Both the position numbers and the translations under genes were made by a program. A stretch of 64,000 nucleotides of DNA from an uncultured bacterium (lineage in GTDB: Bacteria > Patescibacteriota > Microgenomatia > Levybacterales > UBA12049): assembly GCA_963826535.1 (NCBI GenBank), contig CAWGXL010000011.1:320809-384808 (forward strand), given 5' to 3'. Positions within the stretch are counted from its first letter, which is position 1, and each line of letters begins with the position of its first letter. Below the pieces are notes generated by a model. The model saw only the letters and a program-made list of their open reading frames with translations, was not told the DNA's origin and searched no databases. Positions 10,203 to 18,756 of this stretch are shown one piece after another.

Positions 10203-11351
10203 CTACCCACCATTGTAAATGGTTTGGATTTCGGAGGGTGAGAGCGCACGGTTGTAGATACGGAAGTCGTCGAGTGAACCGACAAGCATGGTGCCGGGGA
10301 AAGCGGGATTGGTTCCTCCGGCGCGAAAAGATGCTGTGCTTGTATTAACGATATTGAAAAGCATAGTTATGTTTTTAACATTACTGCCATCAATGTAGTA
10401 CCTGCCATTCGGATAATCCGCTGTAAACGCGACATGATGCCATTGGTTGTCGGCAAGAGAGATACCTGCTGTAGCGTAAGAGGATGCAGTTGTGCCATTG
10501 CCATGCGAAAAATAGAGGTCTGCATTTGTGGTAAGAGACAAATCATAGTTTCTATTAATGACGCCTGCAACGTGGCCTATGATCTTCATCTCGTTTTTTG
10601 TCGTATTCGTAGTTTTGACCCAGGCGGCAATCGTCAAATCACCGTTTATGTGAAAGGTTGAGGGGCTACCGAAATGAACAAAATCATCCACTCCGTCAAA
10701 GAGCAAGGCCTGACCGATTCTGCCGGTTGTCCAAGCCGGGCCGTTGGTGAGGGTGCCTGTGTTGCCATTTCCGCTTGAGTCGAAGGCTTGGCTCCCCGAA
10801 CCTTCATCAAATTTCCAGTGGCCAACCGGAGTAGGCAGTCTCCAATTTGTGAGGTAGGTAATTAAGACTACCGAAGAGTTACGGGTCGGGCTGGCTTTCC
10901 AAGAGACTGTTGAAGTAATTTTTTTAGAGTTCGGGTCAACTGTTCCTCCGCTTGCGACTATGTTGCCGCTTCCATCTCTTCGCACATCTGCAATTGAAAT
11001 TACCCGTGTATATTTGTTAAATGTATTATTTGCACCGCTTAATGTCCACAGATTTTCAGGGCTGCGGGTAAGTCCGATAGATGCGGTATTGATTAATTTT
11101 TCATATGCCTGGTTTCTAATAGACCGGACTGCCTCAATCCCTTCGGAGGCATATTGATTTGCAATAGTTTCTTCCGATCCGGTCCTATTTGCGTCAAATC
11201 CTTGTAAGATGACAAAGATAACGCCGCTTGAGAAGATAAGAAAAACTGCCGCAGTAAAAATGATTTCTATGACTGAGAAACCTGAGGTCCGGAGTAGCCG
11301 ACCGGATTTTAGCGTAGAGAAGAATTTTGAAATGTGACGATTACTTTTCAT
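10203..11351 (-). CDS. PilV-like minor pilin with C-terminal LamG domain
   Basis: SG|FSVIEIIF, ANQYASEGIEAVRSIR, KKITSTVSW. Lam[11 protein letters not shown]...LDDFRIYNRALS. Start set at MKSNR. Confidence 0.75.
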   Translation of the reverse strand: MKSNRHISKFFSTLKSGRLLRTSGFSVIEIIFTAAVFLIFSSGVIFVILQGFDANRTGSEETIANQYASEGIEAVRSIRNQAYEKLINTASIGLTRSPENLWTLSGANNTFNKYTRVISIADVRRDGSGNIVASGGTVDPNSKKITSTVSWKASPTRNSSVVLITYLTNWRLPTPVGHWKFDEGSGSQAFDSSGNGNTGTLTNGPAWTTGRIGQALLFDGVDDFVHFGSPSTFHINGDLTIAAWVKTTNTTKNEMKIIGHVAGVINRNYDLSLTTNADLYFSHGNGTTASSYATAGISLADNQWHHVAFTADYPNGRYYIDGSNVKNITMLFNIVNTSTASFRAGGTNPAFPGTMLVGSLDDFRIYNRALSPSEIQTIYNGG

Positions 11352-11364
11352 AATGCAAATTGTC

Positions 11365-12498
11365 CTACGGCGCACCATTGTAGATAGTTATGATTTCGGA
11401 GGGTGAGAGCGCCCGGTTGTAAATGCGAAGGTCGTCGAGTGGACCTACAAGCATAGTGCCGGGGAAGGCAGGATTGCTTCCTCCGGTGCGATAGTGGTAT
11501 TGTGTGATTGTATTAACGATATCGAAAGTCATAGTTATGTTTTTAACATTAGTGCCATCAATGTAGTACTTGCCGTTCGGATAATCCGCCGTAAACGCGA
11601 CATGATGCCATTGGTTGTCGGCAAGGGAGATGCCTGCGGTAGCATACCTGATAGATGATGTTCCATTGCCATGCTGGAAAGTTAGATCTGCATTTAAACC
11701 AAGATGTAATTGATAGTTTCTATTAATGACGCCTGTTGTTTGAGTAATGATAGTCATTTCGTTTTTTGTCGTATTCGTAGTTTTGACCCATGCGGCAATC
11801 GTCAAATCACCGTTTATGTGAAAAGTTGAGGGGCTACCCAAATCAATCTCGTCATCTACCCCATCAAATATTAGGGCTTGGCCGTATTTACCGGTTGTCC
11901 AAGCTGGGCCATTGTGGAGGACGCCAGTATTGCCGCTCGCGCTTGAGTCGAAGGCTTGGTTTCCTGATCCTTCATCCAGTTTCCAATGTCCAACTTTGCC
12001 GGGGAGCGGGGTGGGGGTGGGGGTGGTGGCTGGAGTATTTGCCGGATTGGCTATTCCCTGACTCGCAACTGTTATTGTTTTAATTGTATTGTTGCCTGTA
12101 ATCGTAATCGTCGCAGCCGCACTTGGCGTGCCGGTCATTTTGGCAAAAATTATATCCGTGAAACCGCTAACCGAGATATTGGGATTGAGAGTGAGCTTCT
12201 GGTCAAATGCAATATTGCGAGATGCAAATGAACTTCCTTGAAATAAAATAATACTGCCGGCCTGGTTATGCACTCCCCATTGGCTATTTTGTTTTCCTAT
12301 CATCGCATTGGTTTGCGCTTTGCGGATGTGGTTAATAAGCTGATCATATGTATTTCCTGCTGCATTTTGGGTAAAGAAGTTTGAATAAAAGGGAACCGAA
12401 GTTATGCCAATAACTGTGATAAGAGCGAAAACGATCAGCAGCTCAACGAGCGTAAATCCATTTTGAAATTTTACACCTTTTAATTTGTAATATCCCAT
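11365..12498 (-). CDS. FimU/FimT-like minor pilin with C-terminal LamG domain
   Basis: NG|FTLVELLIV, IRKAQTNAM, short PT linker, LamG domain closely similar to that of 10203-11351. Confidence 0.75.
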   Translation of the reverse strand: MGYYKLKGVKFQNGFTLVELLIVFALITVIGITSVPFYSNFFTQNAAGNTYDQLINHIRKAQTNAMIGKQNSQWGVHNQAGSIILFQGSSFASRNIAFDQKLTLNPNISVSGFTDIIFAKMTGTPSAAATITITGNNTIKTITVASQGIANPANTPATTPTPTPLPGKVGHWKLDEGSGNQAFDSSASGNTGVLHNGPAWTTGKYGQALIFDGVDDEIDLGSPSTFHINGDLTIAAWVKTTNTTKNEMTIITQTTGVINRNYQLHLGLNADLTFQHGNGTSSIRYATAGISLADNQWHHVAFTADYPNGKYYIDGTNVKNITMTFDIVNTITQYHYRTGGSNPAFPGTMLVGPLDDLRIYNRALSPSEIITIYNGAP

Positions 12499-12559
12499 TT
12501 ACATTATTAAGTGTAGCAAATTTTCCGTTCCTTCTGTAGGGCATTGATGTTTTAATGCT

Positions 12560-13636
12560 TTATTTACTGATAGTACCTGTTAATTCGTAGATTGGCGAAA
12601 TAATCGCTAAGGCGACAAATGCAACAATCCCTCCAATAATAAAAAGCATTATCGGCTCAAGCAGGGTTGAGATATTAGCGGTTGCATCGTCTACTTCATC
12701 CTCAAAGAAGTTGCTCAGGTAAATCAATGTTTCGTCTAGACGCCCTGTTTTTTCTCCTACGGCAATCATTTTGGTTACAATAAGAGGTATCTTTCCATAG
12801 TGCCCCTGTTCAAGTTCTTCGGATAATGATTTTCCTTTTTCAACAGCAGTAAGCATGCGTAACATATATACTTTGAATACTGTATTTGACGTTATTTTTA
12901 CTTCTATTGTAAGTCCTGCGGTAATAGGTAAACCACTTTCGAGCATAATACCTAAATTGCGACAAAATGAAGCTAATTCAGCATTTTGTATTATCTTACC
13001 AAAAACCGGTATATTTAAAAGCATCCTGTCAATATATGGCTTTACCTGGTTTTGTGTGATTAAAAAACGAAGAAAAACCAGTAATCCGATAAAACCTGCA
13101 AGGACCAAGACTCCGAAATTTTGCATAATAGAAGCAAAAGAAAGAAGGATTTGGGTTGAAAGCGGCAGTTTTACGTCAAAGCCCTTAAAAAGCTCTACAA
13201 GTTGTGGTAAAACAAAAACGCTAATGCCTATACCCACCAGCCCGGCTGCAGTCAAGACAATAGCCGGATACATCATTGCTCCTTTGACTTTTTTGCGAAA
13301 GGCATATTCTTTTGCAAGTTGATTGCTTAGATATACAAGACTTTTATCCAGGGTTCCCGAGGTCTCCCCTACTTCTATAATACTGGTATAAAATGAATCA
13401 AAAACTTTCGGATGTTTTGCCAGGGCTGCATTTAAAGATTTTCCGTTTTTAATGTCACTCACCATATCCTGCATAATTTTTTTCAACACCTTTGACTCTG
13501 ATTGCGCAACTAGAATCTGAAGTGCTTCCAGGATGGTAATACTGGTTGCCGCCATCATGCTTAAATGTTTAGTAAAAAGGAGTTTATCAATAAATGAAAC
13601 ACGCGGGAACAAATGTAGTTGGGCAGATGATTTCAT
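12560..13636 (-). CDS. pilC: Type IV pilus platform protein (PilC/GspF)
   Basis: Two T2SSF repeats: VGETSGTLD...GAMMYP and VGEKTGRLDE...LLEP. Confidence 0.92.
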   Translation of the reverse strand: MKSSAQLHLFPRVSFIDKLLFTKHLSMMAATSITILEALQILVAQSESKVLKKIMQDMVSDIKNGKSLNAALAKHPKVFDSFYTSIIEVGETSGTLDKSLVYLSNQLAKEYAFRKKVKGAMMYPAIVLTAAGLVGIGISVFVLPQLVELFKGFDVKLPLSTQILLSFASIMQNFGVLVLAGFIGLLVFLRFLITQNQVKPYIDRMLLNIPVFGKIIQNAELASFCRNLGIMLESGLPITAGLTIEVKITSNTVFKVYMLRMLTAVEKGKSLSEELEQGHYGKIPLIVTKMIAVGEKTGRLDETLIYLSNFFEDEVDDATANISTLLEPIMLFIIGGIVAFVALAIISPIYELTGTISK

Positions 13637-13640
13637 GTTT

Positions 13641-15320
13641 TTATTCTTTAGTGACGCGTAATATTTCTTCTATCGTTGTTTCACCTTGTTTTACTTTTTC
13701 CAGTCCATCTTCAAGCATTGCCCTCATACCGTTTTTCTGAGCAATTTTGTGAATAGTTGTGGCATCGCTTTTACTAATAATTGCCTGCTTTATTTCATCA
13801 TCGATTATCATCGCTTCATAAATGCCTACTCTTCCTTCATAAGCACTATTATGACAAATTTCACATCCTTTACCTTTATACAGGCGAATTAAATCGTCCG
13901 TACCCAAGACTTTATCGACCAGAGGCTGCGGTAAGTAACGCAATAGCTTTGTACGCGATACTTCCTCGCTCACCCGGCATACCGCATGAATTTTTCTTAC
14001 CAGCCTTTGCGCTACAACTAAGGTGACTGTGGACGCAATAAGAAACGGTTCAATTCCCATTTCAAAAAGCCTGGGGATTGCTGTTGCGGCATCATTGGTA
14101 TGCAAAGTTGAAAGTACTAAATGACCAGTCATTGCCGAGTTTATAGCTATATCCGCTGTTTCCTTGTCCCGGATCTCTCCGACTAATATGATGTTTGGAT
14201 CCTGCCGGAGGATGGTTCGCAAACCTGTCGCAAATGTCACATTCTCCTTCACGTTTACCTGCATCTGATTTATACCTTCTACGTCATATTCTATCGGATC
14301 TTCAATTGTCATAATATTGACATCACGGTTATTCAAGAGTTTCAAGATTGCATACATTGTTGTTGTTTTTCCCGATCCTGTCGGTCCAGTTGCCAATATT
14401 GCTCCGTAGGGTTTTTTGTATGCGGATTCTACTTTCAATAAATCATCCTGTGAAATGCCAAGCGTTAAGAGAGATATCTGACGGGCCTTATCTGATAACA
14501 GCCTCATGACGATTTTCTCGCCTTTTCTTACCGGAGCTGTTGACACACGAATATCAAGCTTGTTCTGTTCAAACGTAAACTCTATCTTTCCATCCTGGGG
14601 TACCTGATTCTCGTCGGTGCGCAGCCTTGCCAACACTTTTATCCTGCGCACAATTTCCGGATAAATTGTCATTGGCAGGAGAATGACGTCATGCAGTATA
14701 CCATCTATGCGGAATCTGACTATTGCTACGCTTTCCTGCGGCTCCAGGTGTATGTCAGATGCGCTATTGTTATTGGCATAGGTTACAATCGTTTCGACAA
14801 TCTTAATGATGGGCGGCTCACTTACTTGCTGGCCTTTGCCGGTTACCTGCTTAAGGCTCTCTTTCATAATCGTTTCAAACGCTGTGCCGATATCCTGAAT
14901 ATACAGCGTAAGCGTCTGGTCAATGTCCTTATGGGTTGCGAAATACCGGATTAAGGTTAACCCGAGTTTTCTTTGCAGAAAATCAATTATTGTCGTATTG
15001 TTCGGGTTTTCCATGGCCAGATGGAGACCCTGCTGATCTTTTTTAAAGGCAATTATGCGCTGCTGTTTGGCAATGATTTCGGGGATGATCGTCAAAATCT
15101 CCTGAGGGATAACAATATTTGTAAGCGTGACAAGGGGAACGCTTAGAATTTGGGCGATAAGTTTTCCTAAATCGGTATCGGAGATGAGGTTTTTATCGAG
15201 CAGGACATCGCCCAAGAGTATTTTTCGGCTGTCAGCATAGCTTAAAGCATCCTGCAGCTGCCCTTCATCTATAACCTGTAATTCTTTCAACGCGTTGTAG
15301 AGTGCTTGATTATTGTACAT
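13641..15320 (-). CDS. pilB: Type IV pilus extension ATPase (PilB/GspE)
   Basis: ASDIHLEP, GPTGSGKTTT, EDPIE, LRQDPNIILVGEIRD, TGHLVLSTLHTN. Confidence 0.93.
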   Translation of the reverse strand: MYNNQALYNALKELQVIDEGQLQDALSYADSRKILLGDVLLDKNLISDTDLGKLIAQILSVPLVTLTNIVIPQEILTIIPEIIAKQQRIIAFKKDQQGLHLAMENPNNTTIIDFLQRKLGLTLIRYFATHKDIDQTLTLYIQDIGTAFETIMKESLKQVTGKGQQVSEPPIIKIVETIVTYANNNSASDIHLEPQESVAIVRFRIDGILHDVILLPMTIYPEIVRRIKVLARLRTDENQVPQDGKIEFTFEQNKLDIRVSTAPVRKGEKIVMRLLSDKARQISLLTLGISQDDLLKVESAYKKPYGAILATGPTGSGKTTTMYAILKLLNNRDVNIMTIEDPIEYDVEGINQMQVNVKENVTFATGLRTILRQDPNIILVGEIRDKETADIAINSAMTGHLVLSTLHTNDAATAIPRLFEMGIEPFLIASTVTLVVAQRLVRKIHAVCRVSEEVSRTKLLRYLPQPLVDKVLGTDDLIRLYKGKGCEICHNSAYEGRVGIYEAMIIDDEIKQAIISKSDATTIHKIAQKNGMRAMLEDGLEKVKQGETTIEEILRVTKE

Positions 15321-15711
15321 TTTCCTCCTTTGCTACAACCGGCGCCGGCTCAAGGAGCGCATTAATTTTACTCAGCACATTATCCAGAGAAGTATCACTT
15401 TTAACTATATAATCTGCCGCACCCAGCTTCATGCTTTTTTCGATATCTTCTTTTTGGCCAAGATTAGATGCCACGATAACAGGAATATTTTTCCATTGCG
15501 GATTTCTCTTCAATTGTGTGAGTGTCGCAAACCCGTCTTTATCCGGCATAATTAAATCAAGCAAAATAAGATCAGGGGTAAAAGTCTCCAAGCGCAATAA
15601 CGCTTCCGATCCATCGAAAGCAAGTTGCACTTCAAAGCCGGCTTTTGTCAGCTTTATTCTATAAGCACTCGATAAAAATTTATCATCTTCTACTACTAAA
15701 ATCTTTTTCAT
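15310..15711 (-). CDS. Single-domain response regulator
   Basis: ILVVEDD, DLILLDLIMP, GAADYIVK. No output domain. Overlaps the pilB start. Confidence 0.9.
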   Translation of the reverse strand: MKKILVVEDDKFLSSAYRIKLTKAGFEVQLAFDGSEALLRLETFTPDLILLDLIMPDKDGFATLTQLKRNPQWKNIPVIVASNLGQKEDIEKSMKLGAADYIVKSDTSLDNVLSKINALLEPAPVVAKEENVQ

Positions 15712-15784
15712 GCGGTTTTATAGTTATACATAAAAACGGACCACTCATTCAAATGATATGTACCCATCTTAACTTCCCTCACCT

Positions 15785-17290
15785 TTACCTGTCAACAGTA
15801 GCTTGCCGTATATCTTCCAATAGCGGCAGACTAAACCAAAATGTGGTTCCTTTTTTTTCAACGCTTTCAAACCAGACTTTTCCTTTTAACGACTCGATAA
15901 TTATTTTAACCAGATACAAACCGAGTCCTGAACCATCAGTTTCTACTTTTACAACATTATCCGCTCTAAAAAATTTCCGGAATATTTTATCCTGTTGATC
16001 TTTCGGGATACCATATCCGTTGTCGGTGATTTGAGAAATGATTTCATTAAATTTTTTTGAAATGGATAGAGATATTTCTCCACCTGAGGGAGTATACTTA
16101 CTGGCATTTGTCAAAAGATTTAAATAAACCTGCCGGACCAGTTGGGGGTCAATAATAATTTTCGGCAAATCCTGTTCAATGCTGATCGTGAGTTTTTGCT
16201 TTTTTTCATTACACTTTATTTCCATTTCTTTTACAGTAGTTTCAACCAATTCTTTTAAGTCCGTAGATATAGGAGTAATCACAATTTTACCTGATTCAAT
16301 ACGAGAAATATTCAAGAGCGCATTAACCAGTTCAATCATGCGTTGGGTTGAATCACTTATGCTGTGGCCCAACTCCTTTTGTTCAGTATTTAGGTCGCCT
16401 ACGTTTCCACCTAAGAGAATTTCTATAAACCATTTAATTGCAGCAAGGGGAGTCCGGAGTTGATGAGAAGCAAGGGAGATAAATTCTGTTTTCATACGGT
16501 CAACCTCCTGTTCTTTGGTGATATCGCGGATAATTGTAATTGAGCCAATGGTTGCGGTTTTATGATTCAGGTGGTCATGCAGAATCACGGGGGTTGAGGT
16601 CATATTGATTAATACTTTTTCGTCGTTTTTCTTTACAAGAATAAATTTTCCCATGATCTTCTCGCCTTTTTGCAATGCAACAGATACCGGGCTATTCTCT
16701 TTGGAAATATGATTGGCTTCTTCATCATATACTGCTATCAAATCCATCAAATCTTTTTCTTTATAGGCAACCGGGTCAATATTCATTAGTTTTTGCGCGT
16801 TTGAATTCATTAGCAAGACATAACCTGTATTGTCCGTTGCGACAAGGGCTTCGCCTATGCTTTCAAAAATAGCATCATCTTTTGCCCGCTGCGCTTCAAG
16901 CTCCTCTACTTTCTGGGCAAGTTCTAAAGTTTTTGCTTTAACTGCGTCTTCTAACCCCAGTTGGGCAATTTGCAATTTATCGGCCATGGCGTTAAAAGCT
17001 TGGGCAAGTTGACCAATCTCATCCTTTGAATTACTTTGTATTCTTTTACTTAAATTTCCATCTGCAATTTGCATGGCTGTTTTTGTAAGCTCCTGTACCG
17101 GTTTAATTATTTGTAGGATAAAAAGCAACAGAATGCCGTCAATAAAGATTGTGAAGGGTATAACTACTATAACTAACTCAGGGTTATTCACTGTAACGCG
17201 GGAGAAAATCAGTCCGAAAATAATGACTCCAAGGATCATCCCAGCCAAGCCAAATGACATGACAAGAAGAAATTTATAGGTCAGCTGCAT
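15785..17290 (-). CDS. Membrane histidine kinase (2 TM, HAMP, PAS, HisKA, HATPase)
   Basis: DEIGQLAQAFNAM, ASHQLRTPL, NLLTNASKYT, DNGYGI, GSGLGL. Start set at MQLTY after a TGCTACAAT box. Confidence 0.92.
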   Translation of the reverse strand: MQLTYKFLLVMSFGLAGMILGVIIFGLIFSRVTVNNPELVIVVIPFTIFIDGILLLFILQIIKPVQELTKTAMQIADGNLSKRIQSNSKDEIGQLAQAFNAMADKLQIAQLGLEDAVKAKTLELAQKVEELEAQRAKDDAIFESIGEALVATDNTGYVLLMNSNAQKLMNIDPVAYKEKDLMDLIAVYDEEANHISKENSPVSVALQKGEKIMGKFILVKKNDEKVLINMTSTPVILHDHLNHKTATIGSITIIRDITKEQEVDRMKTEFISLASHQLRTPLAAIKWFIEILLGGNVGDLNTEQKELGHSISDSTQRMIELVNALLNISRIESGKIVITPISTDLKELVETTVKEMEIKCNEKKQKLTISIEQDLPKIIIDPQLVRQVYLNLLTNASKYTPSGGEISLSISKKFNEIISQITDNGYGIPKDQQDKIFRKFFRADNVVKVETDGSGLGLYLVKIIIESLKGKVWFESVEKKGTTFWFSLPLLEDIRQATVDR

Positions 17291-17373
17291 AATACCATTG
17301 TAGCAAATATTCACGTCAAAAAAATAAAATTAATATAAATTCTAGGGAAGGGAGAACTGGATATAATTTTTAT

Positions 17374-17943
17374 TTATCTGGCTTGGGTTATGGGTACTGT
17401 TCCTTCTCCGCCGCAGGCGCTTACCTGGACTATATTATTCGCATCTACTGATATTGCATAACCTGTTTTTGTTGCATCAAGAGTTATTGGCGTTACACCG
17501 CCTGTTGTTCCTTTTGGATCAATCGGTATGGTTTTCAAATATGGGGTGAGGGGGGCTGTCAAGTTTACGCATGCCGTTGCAGCAATTTGACAAGTTGGCG
17601 TGGCTGTAGTCCAAGCTGCAGGGACATTAGCTGCAACGAGATTGCATCCAGCACCTGCCGTGCCAAGTTGTGTTATTGCCATGCCTGTTGTAAGCCCCGC
17701 GGGGAGAGCACCTTTATTGTCGACAACAAATATGTGAATTGCAGTTAAAATTGTCTCGATATCTGATGTCCTCCTTGCCTCGCGCGCATCCCGTGTTCTC
17801 TTTACAGGATTTAAGGCGACAAATACGGTAACTGCGAGGGCGGAAATAATGACAATAACAATTAACAATTCAATAAGCGTAAAGCCTGATTGGGAAAGAA
17901 TGTAACTTTTTTTATTTTTTAACCGGGCAGTAAATTTAAACAT
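17374..17943 (-). CDS. Type IV major pilin, copy 2
   Basis: SG|FTLIELLIVIVII, YLKTIPIDPK, four Cys. Start set at MFKFT. Confidence 0.88.
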   Translation of the reverse strand: MFKFTARLKNKKSYILSQSGFTLIELLIVIVIISALAVTVFVALNPVKRTRDAREARRTSDIETILTAIHIFVVDNKGALPAGLTTGMAITQLGTAGAGCNLVAANVPAAWTTATPTCQIAATACVNLTAPLTPYLKTIPIDPKGTTGGVTPITLDATKTGYAISVDANNIVQVSACGGEGTVPITQAR

Positions 17944-18084
17944 ATAAAAAAGTACACTTAATAAATCTATTGTAGCAAATATTCTCATAAAAAATACAAT
18001 AGGTTATTTCACACAATTCGTAGTAAGAAAACATTGGATTATATAAAGGGAATTATGTAAAGAGATACAGGCTAAAATTTATAA

Positions 18085-18663
18085 TTATCTAGATTGATTT
18101 ATCGGGGTTGTTCCTTCTCCGCCGCAGGCAGTCACCTGGACTATATTATTCGCATCTACTGATACTGCGAACCCAGTTTTTGTTGCATCAAGAGTTATTG
18201 GCGTTACACCGCTTGTTGCTCCTTTTGGATCAATTGGTATGGTTTTCAAATACGTAACAAGCGGGGCTGTCAAGTTTACGCATGCCGTTGCAGCAATTTG
18301 ACAAGTTGGCGTGGCTGTAGTCCAAGCTGCAGGGACATTAGCTGCAACGAGATTGCATCCAGCACCTGCCGTGCCAAGTTGTGTTATTGCCATGCCTGTT
18401 GTAAGTCCAGTTGGTAGAGCACCTTTATTGTCAACAATATATTGGTGGATTGCAGTCAAAATAGTCTCCACATCTGAGGTTCTCCTGGCTTCACGAGCAT
18501 CCAGAGTTCGTTTTATCGGATTTAAGGCGACAAATACGGTAACTGCGAGGGCGGAAATAATGACAATAACAATTAACAATTCAATAAGCGTAAAACCTGA
18601 TTGTAAAAGTGCAGAGTTTTTTTTATTTCTTGTTCGGGCAATAAATTTATTAATATTTATCAT
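18085..18663 (-). CDS. Type IV major pilin, copy 1
   Basis: SG|FTLIELLIVIVII; close tandem paralog of 17374-17943. Confidence 0.88.
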   Translation of the reverse strand: MININKFIARTRNKKNSALLQSGFTLIELLIVIVIISALAVTVFVALNPIKRTLDAREARRTSDVETILTAIHQYIVDNKGALPTGLTTGMAITQLGTAGAGCNLVAANVPAAWTTATPTCQIAATACVNLTAPLVTYLKTIPIDPKGATSGVTPITLDATKTGFAVSVDANNIVQVTACGGEGTTPINQSR

Positions 18664-18756
18664 GGGTAAAAAAGAGCTCTAATTTATTTATAATGCAATT
18701 GCATTTCTTTTGTCAATAAGCAGAAACGTCTGAAGAACGAACGCCGTGGTAAATAA

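Noticed and set aside
10203-12000. Diversity-generating retroelement (VR/TR pair) explaining the two similar LamG domains, with the Avd-like gene at 27841
   Set aside because: Differences are not confined to adenines (e.g. acc/ggt, tcg/cag, ggc/act), both copies are coding, and no reverse transcriptase is in the window.
7069-12498. Invertase-driven shufflon (R64 PilV type)
   Set aside because: All modules are in the same orientation and are complete genes. No inverted recombination sites or recombinase were seen.
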